Part shown: in pieces, positions 1-12,973 of the stretch
Numbering within the stretch: the stretch's first letter is position 1
Layout: each line of letters begins with the position of its first letter
Source of the DNA: Squalus acanthias
Taxonomy: Eukaryota
DNA length: 64,000 nt
Reading direction: 5' to 3'
NCBI GenBank assembly: GCA_030390025.1
Contig: CM059440.1
Location: forward strand, 69,316,001-69,380,000
Position numbers and translations under genes: made by a program
The notes under the pieces: model-generated
The model's input: only the letters and a program-made list of their open reading frames with translations
Told to the model about the DNA's origin: nothing
Database searches by the model: none

Positions 1-647
1 AAGCAGCGCAAAAGATCGGGGAATTTTAAATGTAAATGAGTTATACCCAAACCCACTTACGTTCATGTTTGCCGCCATCTTTTACGCTTGTTCAAGATTC
101 AGTTTGCCCCACATCAGGCCCCGTCCACAAACTAGCCACGCCCCCCAGGTCGAAATTGCGAGATTCCGCTAATTACACTGGCTCGGGCAGGCTCTTCAAA
201 TTGCACTTATTTTCTTAGACGCACAGGCAAGTTTTTTCATGTCAAAAAATATTTAATTCACGAAGAAACTGACTAGTATACAAATGAAACTAGCGAATGG
301 TTTGGTATAGTTTTTTAAAGTCATTTTGAATGATTTTAAATCAGGTTACTCACAGGTGGAGGACTGGACACTATTTAAAATGCTTGTTTTTAATGATAAC
401 CCCATTTTCAGCTGTATTAATAAAACTGCACCAGGTTACCACTAAATACGTTAAGGAATACCTTTTAATGGAAAGAAAAAAAGAAACAATTGGGTTCTGT
501 TACGCTTCCCGATCGCGCTGGTTCATGGAAGATTTTACCTTTGTGATTATGCAAATTAATTTTATCAGGAACTTGACAAACCAGCGCAGTTTCAAGTGCA
601 TTTTCGGTGCAATTTCCCAATTGTACCCAAAGTGGAAACTCTACCCC
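1..647. mobile_element. Non-autonomous DNA transposon (MITE family A), cut by the window edge
   Basis: Ends in CAAAGTGGAAACTCTACCCC; highly similar over its length to 45547-46236. Confidence 0.75.
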
Positions 648-1523
648 GCTGTGTTAAATGTGCATAAATGATGGTTTGATGGCTTCAAGCTTTAATTTTC
701 AAATCATCAATAATATAAAGAGTGATTTAAGGAGGGCAAGTGGTGTACATGCCACGCTTTCCTTGGGCCCAGATGGTTTACGATGATTTCCACTTGTTTC
801 ACGCTAGTTTTTATGTTCCGGCATATGCTAATACTACTGTCAGGAAACTTGGGTGTAAGTTCCCATCGGCAAGATTGGCATAGAAACTGGTTTAAATTTT
901 GGCGTAATTTCTGTGCAAGTCTGACCCAGGTAATTTTGGGTCATAAGTTCCCAGCCTCGGCCATGTTGTTAGGGGGACAGGGGGAAACAAAATACAAGGA
1001 TGATACAACTCTGAGCAATTCCCAGGCCACAAAGCAGTCTGGCCATAGGCCCAGGAACAGGATTGAATTCACTATTACCTGGTGATTCTAAGTACTGATG
1101 GGTGAAAAAGTAACCAAAGAGAAGTATATGAAAATGGAGGTAAATATAAAAAGTAAAAATACCTTGTGCACCTTTTATACTCAATACAAAACAGCATTAT
1201 AAAGCTCATATAAATCAGACTACTGAATCTTAGGAACATAAGAACAGACGAACAATGATGGACAGGAAAAGACCCTCTGGTCCATCCAGCCTGTCCCACA
1301 CAATCTGTGATACCTTGTGACACTTCCTACCCCACCCAAAACCATGTGATGTCCTCGGAGAGGCGAAAAACCAGATAATAAACACAGGCCAATTTAGGAA
1401 AGAAAAATATGGGAAATTTCTCTCTGACCCGCTTAGGAGATTAAAATTAGTCCAGGAGATGATATAACAAGAGAATACATTACTGAGATGCAAAAAATTG
1501 AGAGAACTTACAAATAAGCTTAC

Positions 1524-1948
1524 CCTCCTCAGGTAGATCATTCTCCTCAGCTTCTCGCTCCATCTGCTGACACCATCCTTCCAATCGTTCTACCTCTGCC
1601 TGCAGCAGCTTGATAAACCAGTCACCATCTCTGTGGCATGGAGATACTCTGCCAGGATCTGGGAGACTGTGAACACTGGACTCTCCCCAGTGGTCCTGGC
1701 GCTGGGCATCAGCACTGTCATAGCGCATCCTGTAATCTTCCCTGTATGCCCATTGTCCTTGTGTGTGAACAGTTCTGAATGAAGTGTACTCATTGGATTG
1801 CTCTGGCTCTGAGGATTGCCGCTCAAATGGTTGGCCAAACTGAAAGCCCTTGTCCTCTGTGCTCACACACAGCCCAGGGATACCCTCCAATTCCAGGTCA
1901 GCCTGTACGCTGGTTGTCACACTGTTCGAACGCTTAAACCTGGCGTGT
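1524..1948 (-). CDS. DLGAP3: DLGAP3 coding exon, 425 bp, phase 2 to 1; start of the C-terminal GKAP/GH1 domain
   Basis: Acceptor tttttattctag|A and donor GAGG|gtaagc. Encodes HARFKRSNSVTTSVQADLELEG...FRTVHTQGQWAYRE...SPCHRDGDWFIKLLQAEVERLEGWCQQMEREAEENDLPEE; RTVHTQGQWAYRE is SAPAP3-type. Confidence 0.95.
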
Positions 1949-2029
1949 CTAGAATAAAAAAGAACCATAGTAAAAAAACAATGAATATGCAAACTACAAT
2001 ACATTTCTGGCAATTTTCCCACCCACATT

Positions 2030-2405
2030 TTCTGCCCTCCTCTCCTGAAGGTGATGCCACATACTAGGCCACAGCTTCGTGGGCACAGGCAGACTCCCTT
2101 CCCATGCCTCAGCCAAATGTCTAGTCTTGACGTGCGAGTCTAGACCATGAAAGACATGGCAGTCAAGCCTGATCCTCCTGTCACACGACATCCACAAACA
2201 TTTTACACTAGGGGTCACCGGATAGATAAGGAATGGGCTCCCCCAGGCTGATTTGTTTACTTCTTAGGCCAGAGGAACCGTAGTACTGCACTCCTGTGTA
2301 GATCAGTTCACTCAGCACAGACCAAAATCAGATCAGATCTGGGACCTTCTTGGTTAGTAAGGCTCAGTACCATGCCGGGCAGTGCTTTTTCTCACTCAGC
2401 CATTT
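2030..2405 (-). mobile_element. tRNA-headed SINE, unclassified family
   Basis: Similar to 6175-6565 (+), 14705-15100 (-) and 46260-46550 (-); degenerate Pol III-like head near 2400. Confidence 0.5.
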
Positions 2406-2724
2406 TGGGCTTCTGGTCACTAAAAGAGTAACCACAATAAACAGGACCCCTTTACTTGCATTTCCATAATGTTCCTCACAGGCAGAGAAGTGGCTGAAAG
2501 TGGTGGTGGACACCAAGCCAAGGGGAGGGAGGGGGGGCGGGAAGGTTCAGGAAGAGGGATAAAGAGGAGTCTAGGGAGTGAAAGAAAGGTTGAAAAGAAG
2601 CGTAATAAGGGGGATTTGGAGTCAGGGGTAACAAGGTGGACTTGCAGCAGAAGACAGTTCCGGGGAGTTGGAGCATTGTGGCTGAAGGAGCAACTCTCAA
2701 ATGGTGGAGCAGAAGGAGCTTGTT

Positions 2725-3195
2725 AAAAAATTCATTCTTGGGATGTGGGCATCGCTGGCAAGGCCGGCATTTATTGCCCATCCCTACTTTCCCTGAGAAA
2801 GTGATGGCGAGCCTTCTTCTTGAACTGTTACTGATGTGTTGTTCTTTGTAGCAGTTTTATAGAACTGAGTGGCTAACTAGGCCTACTAGATCAGTTCAGA
2901 AGGCATTTAAGAGTCAACCATATTGTTGTGGGGCTGGAGTCACATATAGGCCAGACCGGATAAGGACGGCAGGTTTCCTTCCCTATAGAGACATTAGTGA
3001 ACCAGTTGGGTTTTTAAAACAATGCAATAGTTTTGCGTTTACTTTTACTGATATCAGCCTTTTATTTCCAGATTTCTTTCTAAAACTGACTTCAAATTAT
3101 CAAACTGCCATGGTGGGATTTGAATTTGCATTCTCTGGATTACTAGTTTAGACCTCTGGATCACTACTTCAGTAACATAACTTGACGCTACCCCT
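2725..3195 (-). mobile_element. SINE with a LINE-derived 3' tail
   Basis: Tail GGGATGGGCAATAAATGCCGGCCTTGCCAGCGATGCCCACATCC recurs at about 18105-18180 and 47400-47582. Confidence 0.55.
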
Positions 3196-3648
3196 ACCTG
3201 ATGCTGAAACAAGAAGCAGGGTGATGTCGGAGGAATGAAAGATAGAATCATAGAATTTTGCTTTACAGAAAGAGACCATTTGTGTCGGTGTTGTCTGTTT
3301 GAACGAGCTATCCACTTCGTTCCATTCCCCTGCCCTTTCCTCATACCCCTTTGTTTTTCTTTTAAAAATATTTATGGACTCCCTTTTAAAAGCCATCATG
3401 GATTCTGCTTCCACCACAAGTTTAAGGGTCTGCTGTAGATGCAGGCCAGTTAGTTTAGCATCTATGGTAGGGCAAATTTTGGAATCTTTAATGAAAGATG
3501 AAATGAATCAATATTTAGATGAAGAGAAAATAATTAGAAGCAGCAAATGTGGATTTCAGAAAGGAAGATTGTGCTGGACAAATCTGATAGAGTTGTTTGA
3601 GGAGGTGACAGATATAGTGCAAGGGGGAAATGCAGTGGATGTGGTGTA

Positions 3649-3866
3649 TGATGTAAGAAAACTACTAGGCACTTGGCCTAAGTGTTAAACAAAGCTTTAA
3701 TCAACTGTTTTTCAACGTGGAGGTCTAGTTGTGTCCTTCACTAGTTCCTGTTGAGGAATGTCCTAAGCAAGCTGGGCCCATGCCCGAGTATTTATACACT
3801 CCCTGGACAGCGCCACCAGCAGGCCACCCAGTATTACTTCATACATGAATGACAAGATTCATGTCA
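3649..3866 (-). mobile_element. Solo LTR, copy 1 (218 bp)
   Basis: TG...CA ends and an exact 5-bp TSD GTGTA (3644-3648 and 3867-3871) that splits the CR1 DVVYMDF codons; TATAAA and ATTAAA on the minus strand. Confidence 0.85.
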
Positions 3867-4546
3867 GTGTACATGGACTTTCAGAAAGTTTTTGACAAAG
3901 TACCACATGACAGACTATGGGAGAAGAATTAGAGGCATGGAATTATGAGTAGAGTAGCAAATTGGATTAAAAACTGGTTAGAAGGGAAAGTGAGAATAGG
4001 AGTTAAGGGCAGTTTTTCAGAGTGGTTGAAAGTGGGTAGCGGTGTCCCACAGAGTTCTGTTCTGGGACCACTTCTGTTCACTGTGTACATCAATGATTTG
4101 GATACAGGGCTAAAGGGGAGTGGTGTCCAAATTTGCAGATTATACTAAAATAGGAGGTATAGTAAATAATCCTGAGGACCAAAGGAACTGCAAGAGATGT
4201 TTATAAGATGGAATGCACAAAAAAGTAGAAGACAGAATTCAATGTCAGTAAGTGTGAGGTGGTACATTTTGATAATAAATATAAAATTAACAATTATACA
4301 TTGAATAGGACACATTTGGGATAAGTGGAAGAGCAGAGGAATTTGGGGAGGCAGGTTCACAAGACATTAAAAAGCGGCACTTCACGTGGGTAAGACCATA
4401 AAAAAGCGAATGGATTACTGGGTATTATGGTAAGAGGTATAGAATATAAAAGTCGAGTTGCAATGGTGAATCTATAGAAAACCTTAGTAAGACCACAGTT
4501 GTAAGACCACAGTTTGAGTACCGTGAGCAGTTTTGGGCTCCACACT

Positions 4547-4724
4547 GTGAAACTGGTCTACACCAATAGTGCGGAATGGGCTGATAGTGAATCGGCCGCC
4601 CGTTTTACAACGTATCCGATTTTCTTTTCCATTAAAATCAATGGAAAAGAAAATCAGGTGTGGTATGAAACAAGCTGCTGATTCGCTATTAGCACATTTT
4701 GTGCTACTGACCAATTTCACCCCC
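4547..4724. mobile_element. Short MITE with GGGGTGAAATTGGTC-type TIR
   Basis: GTGAAACTGGTC...GACCAATTTCACCCCC, inserted in the CR1; same TIR type as 33570-33719. Confidence 0.65.
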
Positions 4725-5446
4725 GTTAAGGCAACCGAAAGGGTGCAATGGAGATTTACAAGGATGCTGCGTGGTATGAGAAAATACAAATACCAAGAAC
4801 GACTTGGAAAAACTGGGGCTGTTTTCGTTAGAACAGAGGAGATTACAGGGTGCTTTGATAGAAGTGTTTAAAATTATGAAGGGATTATGGTTGATAGAAA
4901 CGGTCTGTTTCTAGTGGTTAAGGGAGCACTTTGGATTCGTTGCAGCTTGTGGAGGTGTGGAAGCTAGCAAGGGGAGCATTGGAGAAATCAAGCCTCGAGG
5001 TAATAAAGTCGTGGGTAAGGGTTTTGGTAGTGAAGGGGGAAGAGGTCGTGATGGAGGCGGGGTGATGTTATGGCAGTGAAAGAACGCAGATGGATTTGAG
5101 TCAGGACGCTGAGCTAGTGATCTGAGCTAACCTGAAGTGGCAGCTTGGGGAGGTTAATGGAGTTGAGGCTGGTAGTGTGCAAGTGTGTGCAAAAGCCAAA
5201 CAGGATGAACTCAGTTTTGCCGACATTTAGCAGGAGAAAGTTTTAGCTCATGCAGATCTTAATATCGGACAAGAAACTGGAAAAAATGACAATAGCCTTG
5301 GGGTTGGCACAAGTGGAAGCAGTATTTTATTTCTGAAATCTTCCTTCATCACACATTATCTGAGCTGAGAGGTTAGGCAGGCAACTGGCTTCTGGGAATG
5401 GTTTTCTGTAATCAGCATTATGACGGGCTTGACTGAACATTGTGTA

Positions 5447-5472
5447 ACTCTCTCTCTCTCTCTCTCTCTCTC
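5447..5472 (+). repeat. (CT)n microsatellite
   Basis: Directly visible run of about 13 units. Confidence 0.9.
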
Positions 5473-5741
5473 TGATGTTCATTCCGTGCTTGTGGAGAAT
5501 TGGGGGAATGAATCAATCTACTTGCAGCAAAGAAGGTTTATTTCACAGCTGGATGGGAAAATGATTGCTTGAAAGAAAACACTGATCACCCACGAAAAAA
5601 TACAGCTGTGGGATAAGGACGGCAGTAAGGCTGAGGAGAACTCCATGTTGACCTGGGCTAAGGAATGCTTCCGGGGACAAAAAGGCTTTGAATGACTCGC
5701 ATGGATCAGTGGCAGGTGAGCAGGTGATCTATTTCTCTTAC

Positions 5742-5975
5742 GATAGCAAAATACTGCGGATGCTGGAAATCCGAAATAACAACAGAAAACGCTGGAAAAA
5801 CTCAGCAGGCCAGGCAGCATCCGTGGAGAGAGAAAGAGAGTTAACGTTTCAGGTCGAAGACATTTCCTGCTTTTTTCCAGTTCTGACGAAAGGTCTTCAA
5901 CCTGAAATGTTAACTCTGTTTCTCTCTCCACGGATGCTGCCTGGCCTGTTGAGTTTTTCCAGCATTTTCTGTTAT
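5742..5975. mobile_element. Penelope-like terminal fragment in inverted-repeat configuration
   Basis: Arms at about 5781-5861 and 5893-5973 are reverse complements. The same sequence follows the GIY-YIG ORF at 60938-61013. Confidence 0.85.
5879..5915 (+). ncRNA. Minimal type I hammerhead ribozyme motif
   Basis: AGTT-CTGACGA-A-AGGT-cttca-ACCT-GAAA-TG-TT-AACT: core boxes plus stem I (AGTT/AACT) and stem II (AGGT/ACCT). The stem III palindrome ACGT has decayed to ATGT. Confidence 0.7.
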
Positions 5976-6174
5976 CTATTTCTCTTTATAGCTACTGTGT
6001 GGATGAAATGGGAAAAATAAAAGTGTTCCAAACTGGTATTTGAGGATAATTCTCTCGATTAAACCATTTAGAGAGTGGAGCGTTCCTTTATTGGAGATGT
6101 ATGGCTTTACTGCTGTGGTTTGCAAGATCATTACAATTCTACGACCAACTATTACAAATAAAAGGGCCACTAAC

Positions 6175-6565
6175 TCCCCCCAGTGGCCTAGTGGGTAAAT
6201 GCAGCACTGAACCACATAGACCAAGTTGGACTCCTGTACTGTACTGTCCATTACTAGTTGGTCTCAGTCAGGACAGCAGGGACACAGATTATAGGACAGC
6301 AGTTGGGGCACTACAATTGGCTTCAGTAACCTGGGCTAGGCAGGGGAAAAATCAGCTCGGGTTTCTGACAGCTATCCATTGATTCCTACTGGATTGTGTG
6401 CATGTATAGACATTGGGTGAGGATAGGATCAAGTTTGGCTGTGATGGACTGCCAACACTTGCTGTCCAGCTCACACATTAGGAATGGCTTCACTCAAGTT
6501 TGGCACTGGAGGGTATCTGACACCTGTGGAACCCCAGGATAAGTCAGTACCTTCAGAAGAGGCAG
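6175..6565 (+). mobile_element. tRNA-headed SINE, same family as 2030-2405
   Basis: A-box-like GTGGCCTAGTGG head; body shared with other copies in the window. Confidence 0.5.
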
Positions 6566-6984
6566 CAGAAAAATGACCAGACAATTGGAATAAAAATAAA
6601 ACAAAGTTCCGTAAGTTGAAGTGAGCATACAATGAGTGTCACTATTGCCATCACAGATCATAGTTTAACACAATCAACAAAGAGATTTACTGATCCTGTA
6701 ATACTGGTTTAGTGCGGGATTGGTGAATTTACCCAACGGTCTTCATGAAACAGCATTTGGCAAACAATTGTGATTGCTCACAAACACACGATGAGTCAAA
6801 ATACTCCACTGTGCTACTTGTGCATGATGTGAGCTAATGGAAATGGCATTTGTTACTTGTCAACTATCTTCAAGAAGACCTGGTGCTATATCATGATTTG
6901 AATCATGATTTCTGTGTGCTCAAGACACTTTCATATGATACAGAAGATAAGGTTTAAAAGAATGGAAATACTAAACGTGTATAT

Positions 6985-7212
6985 TTTTGTGCAGTGAGTT
7001 ATTGTGATTTGGAACGCACTGCCTGACAGGGCGGTGGAAGCAGATTCAATAGTAACTTTCAAAAGGGAATTGGATAAATACTTGGAAGGGAAAAAATTGC
7101 AGGGTTATGGGGAAAGAGCAGGGGAGTGGGACTAATTGGATAGCTCTTTCAAAGAGCCGGCACAGGCACGATGGGCCGAATGGCCTCCTTTCTCTGCTGT
7201 ATGATTCTATGA
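6985..7212 (+). mobile_element. CR1 LINE 3' end
   Basis: VIWNALPDRAVEADSIVTFKRELDKYL followed by GGCACGATGGGCCGAATGGCCTCC and an ATTCTATG tail; similar to 58085-58375. Confidence 0.85.
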
Positions 7213-7254
7213 GTAATAAATGAATGGACGATTGAGTTAAGATGACGGACTTAC

Positions 7255-7349
7255 CGTTTATTATCTTCAACCTGCACTCCAATAGAATGGAACTCTCGAA
7301 GGCCTTTGCTATCTGTGTCAGAATCAGTCATAGTCTCTGAACTATCCAC
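7255..7349 (-). CDS. DLGAP3: DLGAP3 coding exon, 95 bp, phase 0 to 2 (not in ORF track)
   Basis: Acceptor ttttaacatatcag|GTG and donor AAACG|gtaagt. Encodes VDSSETMTDSDTDSKGLREFHSIGVQVEDNK(R), compared with SAPAP3 VETISDSDTENRSRREFHSIGVQVEEDKR. Confidence 0.93.
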
Positions 7350-9974
7350 CTGATATGTTAAAAGACAATAGAATCTTGTTATAGCGACGGCATCAATCTA
7401 AACTGGCCAAGAACAAGGAACAGCTTTATCAGCCGTGACGAAACTGAGAAAAAAAGGACTTAGGAAACATTGGATTATACAGTGAGATGTCACAGATTGC
7501 ATTCACATATATGACAAAGATAAAGCATTTTTATCTTGGGGGTATATCATTTAATTTCTTTTCCTTGGGGCACAGTACACACAGGATTAAAATTAAGGTT
7601 TACTCAAAGAAAAAAATAGTACAGGCTTTTTGATAGACATTATATCCAGAGCCATGCAGTTGTCTGATATAGATGTAGATGTCAGGGCGACATACATATA
7701 TAGACTTGAGAATCTGTACCTGCTTGCTTGGTCCATTATATGCAAAATGCCATTACTAATAAGTGTCAATTGGATTCTTCCAGCAGCAGTCAGGTGGGAC
7801 GGGATATCTTGTTCCACAGGTAGAAGGCCCAACCATTCCAATTGAAACACTAACACCATTTGTGTATATTTTAAGGTATATGTTTAATTGGCAGATCTGA
7901 TTGAAGTTGAGAGATACATTTTTACATTTCCTTTGTTCTGGTGTATCTTAAAAGAAATTTTAATGGTGTATTCGTAGCTGATTTCCTCACAGCTAGCAAT
8001 CATTCCAAAGCCATCTTAGAAAGAGGCAAGTGAGAGACTGCCTTGGGCGGTCAGCAGCAAACCACCATGTAAGCAGCTTTAGGCCTAGGTTACAGTGAGA
8101 GTTAGCACAGGTAAACCACCTTTGTTGTTTTCGATATTCTGAGGAAGAATAGTCAATTCTACGTTTACTGTAAATCTACTGTTTGTAGTTAATACTATTC
8201 ATTTATTTGTTCATGGTTTAGTACTTTATAGTCAAACCCACATTCTGGCAGTGTTTACCTTTCCACTTTTCCTAAGTTAAGGAAACCACATGGTGGCATG
8301 TGATATATGCAGTAAGCCCACATATAGAGGTAAAAGTTCCGATGCTCTGCTCCTTGGGTGGTGTCAAGAGTGTATATCAGAAAACTGCGCACTACCAGAC
8401 CATGATTTTCTGTTCAATAAATGGATAGAAAATGGCAGGTTGGGAGTGCACGATTGGCAATATTGAGCAATTTGCTTTTAAATCACATTGGATATCTATT
8501 TAAGGGAAGGGGAAAAAGCCCAAGAAAATTTTCAACAGCAGAAATACATTCTTGATGATGTTGCAATGATTACTCTGATGTCACAAGGTTCTTTATGATA
8601 TCATGAAGCAACTAAATTACCTTCAGTGTTTCAACATATTTAAAGAGATGGTCTTTTAAAGGAGTCTCACCATCAGTATTCCCTTTATAAAGACAATTGT
8701 TTTGGCAGAAGTGTACGAGCAGTCAGAATTACTGTATGGCAGTTTCATGCTGTCATGTCATGTAACTGACATGATGACATTTTGTGATGTAATCATATGT
8801 TTCAATGTGACTTGTGTCATCATGTTAGGGCAAACATAGAAAACAGATTTCCTAAAACGATTTCAGGTACCTTTTAAAAGAGGAGGTCTCACCAACCTAG
8901 ATTTATCGATCGGGATTAACACCAGTGGTAATCCATTGAATAATCACTAGTGTTAATACATCACTGACCAGGGAATGGAGGCTGGCATCTTTAAAATCAA
9001 GGGTCTGACATTCCTCAGTCCATAATGTAACATGCAAAACTTCTAACCGATTCGCCATGGCATGCCACACTCCTAAGTGGTGTCTGTCAGTAATGCAAGT
9101 AACTAGTAATGAACAGTAGCAACCAGTCGCAGAGAGGAGGCTCTGCAATGCTGGTGAACAAGGTAATGGAGAGACTGGAGCACATGTGCAAAGAAGGCAC
9201 TGAGTTTGTCAAAATATCATTGACAACATCAGCACTGTCTCCTCTTCTTGGAGGATCTGGCAGGAGGTGTGGAAGAAAGTGAATAATTCGAAGAGTAACA
9301 CAAAGGTAAGGCATGATTATAACTGGAAAGTAGAATGATAAAACTTTAGCTCTGCACTCCCACACTCCCAATGGGGAAATTGTGCTCAAAGGCAGTGTAA
9401 GTCGGGGATAGGGCTACAACATTGTAGCTCCAGTTCTCTGGCCCATGCTCCCTGCAAGTCAGGGGTCATGGAATGCAAATTACACACGATGGGAGAATTA
9501 ATGCACTGCAGGAAGGAATTTCCATGAGCCAAATTACTATGTGTTAATTCCCACAGCTTTTAATTTTAAAGGCAACACAGGCATACAGTAGAAGAGTGTC
9601 AGCAGGGCAACACATGATGGCCCTTCAAGCTGTAGCCTTCAAGATAAAGACCTGGAGAAGTTGTATTTCCTTTCCTGCCCTTTCCCTCAGTTCATTCATG
9701 CTGTCTTCACACAGGGCAATAATTGGAAATTGCATATACATTTGCCAAAACTGCATACATTAACATTTAGTCATGGAACTTCATCAAAGGGAACCTTTGG
9801 AAAGGTGAGCATTGGTGACATCGCTGGGGGAGACTGGCTGGGAGAGGTTCCTGAGCCCAACAAAATGAGGAAGTTGAATTAATATGACGCGCATAATATT
9901 TTATTTAAGGCGTGTAAGTGTAAACTCAGCTCCCTTGCAGTCATGCTCTGTAACTTCTTAAAGTCTACTCTCTC

Positions 9975-11043
9975 AGATAGGGATGAGATAGCAGAGGCAC
10001 TATTACATATATATATATATGAAAAATTATTAGAAAAGGGAATAGTGCCAGAGGACCGGTGGACAGCTACTCTTATTCATATATTTAAAAAGGGAGATAG
10101 AACAAGTCCAGGGAACTATAGACCAGTTAACTTAACTTTGATGATAGGAAAGATACTGGAATCTTTACTCAAAAATGTAATAGAAAAACATCTAGAAACC
10201 GAAAATATAAAAAGGTGTAGTCAGCATGGATTTCAAAAGGGAAGGCCATGCTTGACCAACCTTATTGAATTCTTTGAAGAAGTAACAAAAAGATTAGACA
10301 AGGGTGATGTAGTAGATGCAATATATTTGGATTTTCAAAAGATCTTTGATAAGGTAGTAGACTCATGACTAAGGTCAGAGCATGTGGAATCAGGAGACAG
10401 GTAGCCGAATGGATAGTAAGCTGGCTACAAAACAGAAAACAGAGAGTAGGGGTTAAGAGTAGCTCCTCAGGCTGGTAAAGGTGGAAAATGGTGTTCCACA
10501 GGGATTGGTGCTGAGACTACTGTTGTTCACCATTTACATTAATGATTTGGACTCGGGAATCAGAAGTACAATTTCAAAATTTGCGGATGACACCAAATTG
10601 GGAGGTGGACGTAACGCAAAGGAAGTATCTGACAAAATATAAGAGATTAATAAACTTGCAGTTACAAACATGTAATCTGCAAATTAATTTCAATATAGAT
10701 AAGTGTGAGGTGGTGCATTTTGGTAGGAAGAATAAGGAGGCCATATACTGCTTTGGTAATAAGAGTCTAAATGGGGTAGAGGAGCAAAGGGATCTAGGGG
10801 TACAGATACACAAATCACTAAAAGTAGCAATGCAGGTTAAACGGCCATAAAAAAGCAAACCAGGCATTAGGGTTCATTTCTTGAGGGATAGAATTGAAAA
10901 GCAGAAAAGTTATGTTAAACTTGTATAGAACCTTGGTTAGACCACACTTGGACAGTCTGGTCTCCATATTATAAAAGGGTTATAGAGGCACAGGGGAAGG
11001 TACAAAAGAGATTTGCAAGGTTGATACCAGAACTGAGAGGATA
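9975..11043 (+). mobile_element. Degraded CR1 LINE ORF2 (RT) fragment
   Basis: Motifs IFKKGDRTSPGNYRPVNLT, QHGFQKGRPCLTNLIEFFEEVT, YLDFQKIFDKV and KFADDTKLGG. Confidence 0.92.
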
Positions 11044-12973
11044 CATGCACACTCATCACTATAGCAGGGGGTTGGGGGGGGTGGGGGGCAGTGGGTGGAG
11101 TTATGACTGAACAATCACTGGAACTTAGTAAGACACTTCTCAATGTGTGCTCAGATATGTCCAATAAGGGGCACTTTTTGAAAAAGAGATTTCACTGTAA
11201 GGCAACACATTACCAGAAACTTCACGTGGACATTGGCTAAACCTCTCAAGTGCCCAACCATGTGTGCTGTTAGTTGGTATGCTTGCAGTAGAATGAGTGT
11301 GAGTGTGAGGGGTGGCTAGTGAGATGGGGAAGTGATAAAGTTGATAGAGAGGGTTGGGTGGAGGTGCAAGGTAAGTTGGTGTCCTGGGGAGGTCTCTTCC
11401 GCCCTTGGTAGGAAAGAGAACCGCCCTGCATACTGTGACTCCCTCCGTAAGCATATTGGGTGCAAGAGTTCACCTTTGTGCAGTGATTGTCAGAGTTTTC
11501 AGCACCTCAATGCTGTCAAACACTGAAAAATCAACTGTCAAAATAAAATTGTGCATGGTCCCTTTAAAGAAACCGGTAGATGACCCGTCATCAAATGACG
11601 TCATCAGACCCGCTTCCTGTTAATTGGCCGGTAAGCCCAAGGGCAATCAAGAAAAAATCACGTCTGCAGAGCGGAGGCAGCTGGGGGCGGGACTGGAACC
11701 CGGAAACCAGCTGACCCGCCCCCCATCCCGACACCGATGAGAAAATCACAGCCTAAGTGTGAGAATTGGTGATTTCGAAGATCAGAAAGGCCTGTTTCCA
11801 TCGACCAGCTCTATGCCAACTTAGAGCATGACAACAACAACAACAATGTGCATTTATATAGCGCCTTTAACATAGTAAAACATCCCAATGCGCTCCACAG
11901 GAGCGTTATCAAACAAAATTTGACAGATGACCACAAGCTTGGTCAAAGTGGTGACCCATGCAACGCTTTTTGTTTCATCCTTTTCCTCTCCTTTATTAAT
12001 GTTCTGCCCTTACCTTGCACATGCCATTGACTCAGGGGCGAGACAGAGCCCGTGCTCGTGCCACTTGAGTCAGGAACTGCAAGATGCAGCTACCCCTCCA
12101 AGCAGAGGTGATGATATCTCCCTGTAATAGGGAGGGAACTTCAGCGGGGGGGGTGGGGTGGGGGGGGGCGGGGGGTGAGGCATGCCTGGTGGCCCCATGC
12201 ACCTCCTACTGGTTGGCTATGGGTGTATGTTTGCTGCTGTCTGGGAGCAGGCCGATAGCCTACCCTTGTAGTTGCAGACTTGTCTAGGCCAGACAGACTG
12301 AAGATGAGGAATAATATATTTTTTAAATTACATTGAGAAAGTGTTAAGAAAAATAAAATTAAAATCCAAATGATAAAATAAAGTCAATGTTTCCGTTAAA
12401 TGTAATTATACCAACATATTTCTAACTCTTATTATTATCTGTACTGTGCCCTATATACTGCGGCAAGTCAGAAAAGTTCAATGAACTTTGTAAATAAGAT
12501 TCAAAGTAAGAGAACATGAATGGTGGCAGGTCTTAACTTAATGCAGAGTGAAGAGAGACAGAGGAAACACACCCTGTTCTCATTGCAAAACAGATGGGGG
12601 ACTGAATGAGGCTTTTAATATATTCAGAGTGGATGTGAAGAAGTTGTTTGTGTTGAAGAATTGGGAGCGTGATTAAAGCTATTGAAACACCAAACAAAAT
12701 GTATCTTAAGGAGTAACCATTTTACAAGAGATGTTAATTATGAATTGGACTGCCAGTTGGTGCAGTAAAGGAATAGATAACTGAAGCATTCAAAAGGAAA
12801 AGGTAATGGGGTAGATTCTCAATTCGGTGAATAGGAATATACCAAAGCAGCAGCAAGATGGCAGGAGACCAAGTGGGTCATGCACATACACCGAAATAAT
12901 ACAGTGAGATAGATGGGCCAACTTGTCTTATCTCATTCATACCTTGTAATGAAATAGATAAGAAAATGATTAC

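Larger units (their letters stand above)
3440..4925 (+). mobile_element. Degraded CR1 LINE ORF2 (RT) fragment, interrupted by a solo LTR and a MITE
   Basis: Motifs RPVSLASMVGQILES, GFQKGRLCWTNLIELFEEVT and GVPQSSVLGPLLFTVYINDLD; frameshifted. Confidence 0.9.

Noticed and set aside
5518-6020. Overlapping opposite-strand ORFs with internally repeated peptides
   Set aside because: An artefact of the Penelope inverted repeat, not a protein-coding gene.
11499-11520. TTCAGCACC, the left half of a REST/RE1 site
   Set aside because: No matching right half at the canonical spacing, and it lies in probable transposon-derived sequence.
12146-12180. G-runs with G-quadruplex potential (also 11065-11099 and 46378-46395)
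   Set aside because: Low-complexity runs are common in such genomes and error-prone in assembly; no evidence of function.
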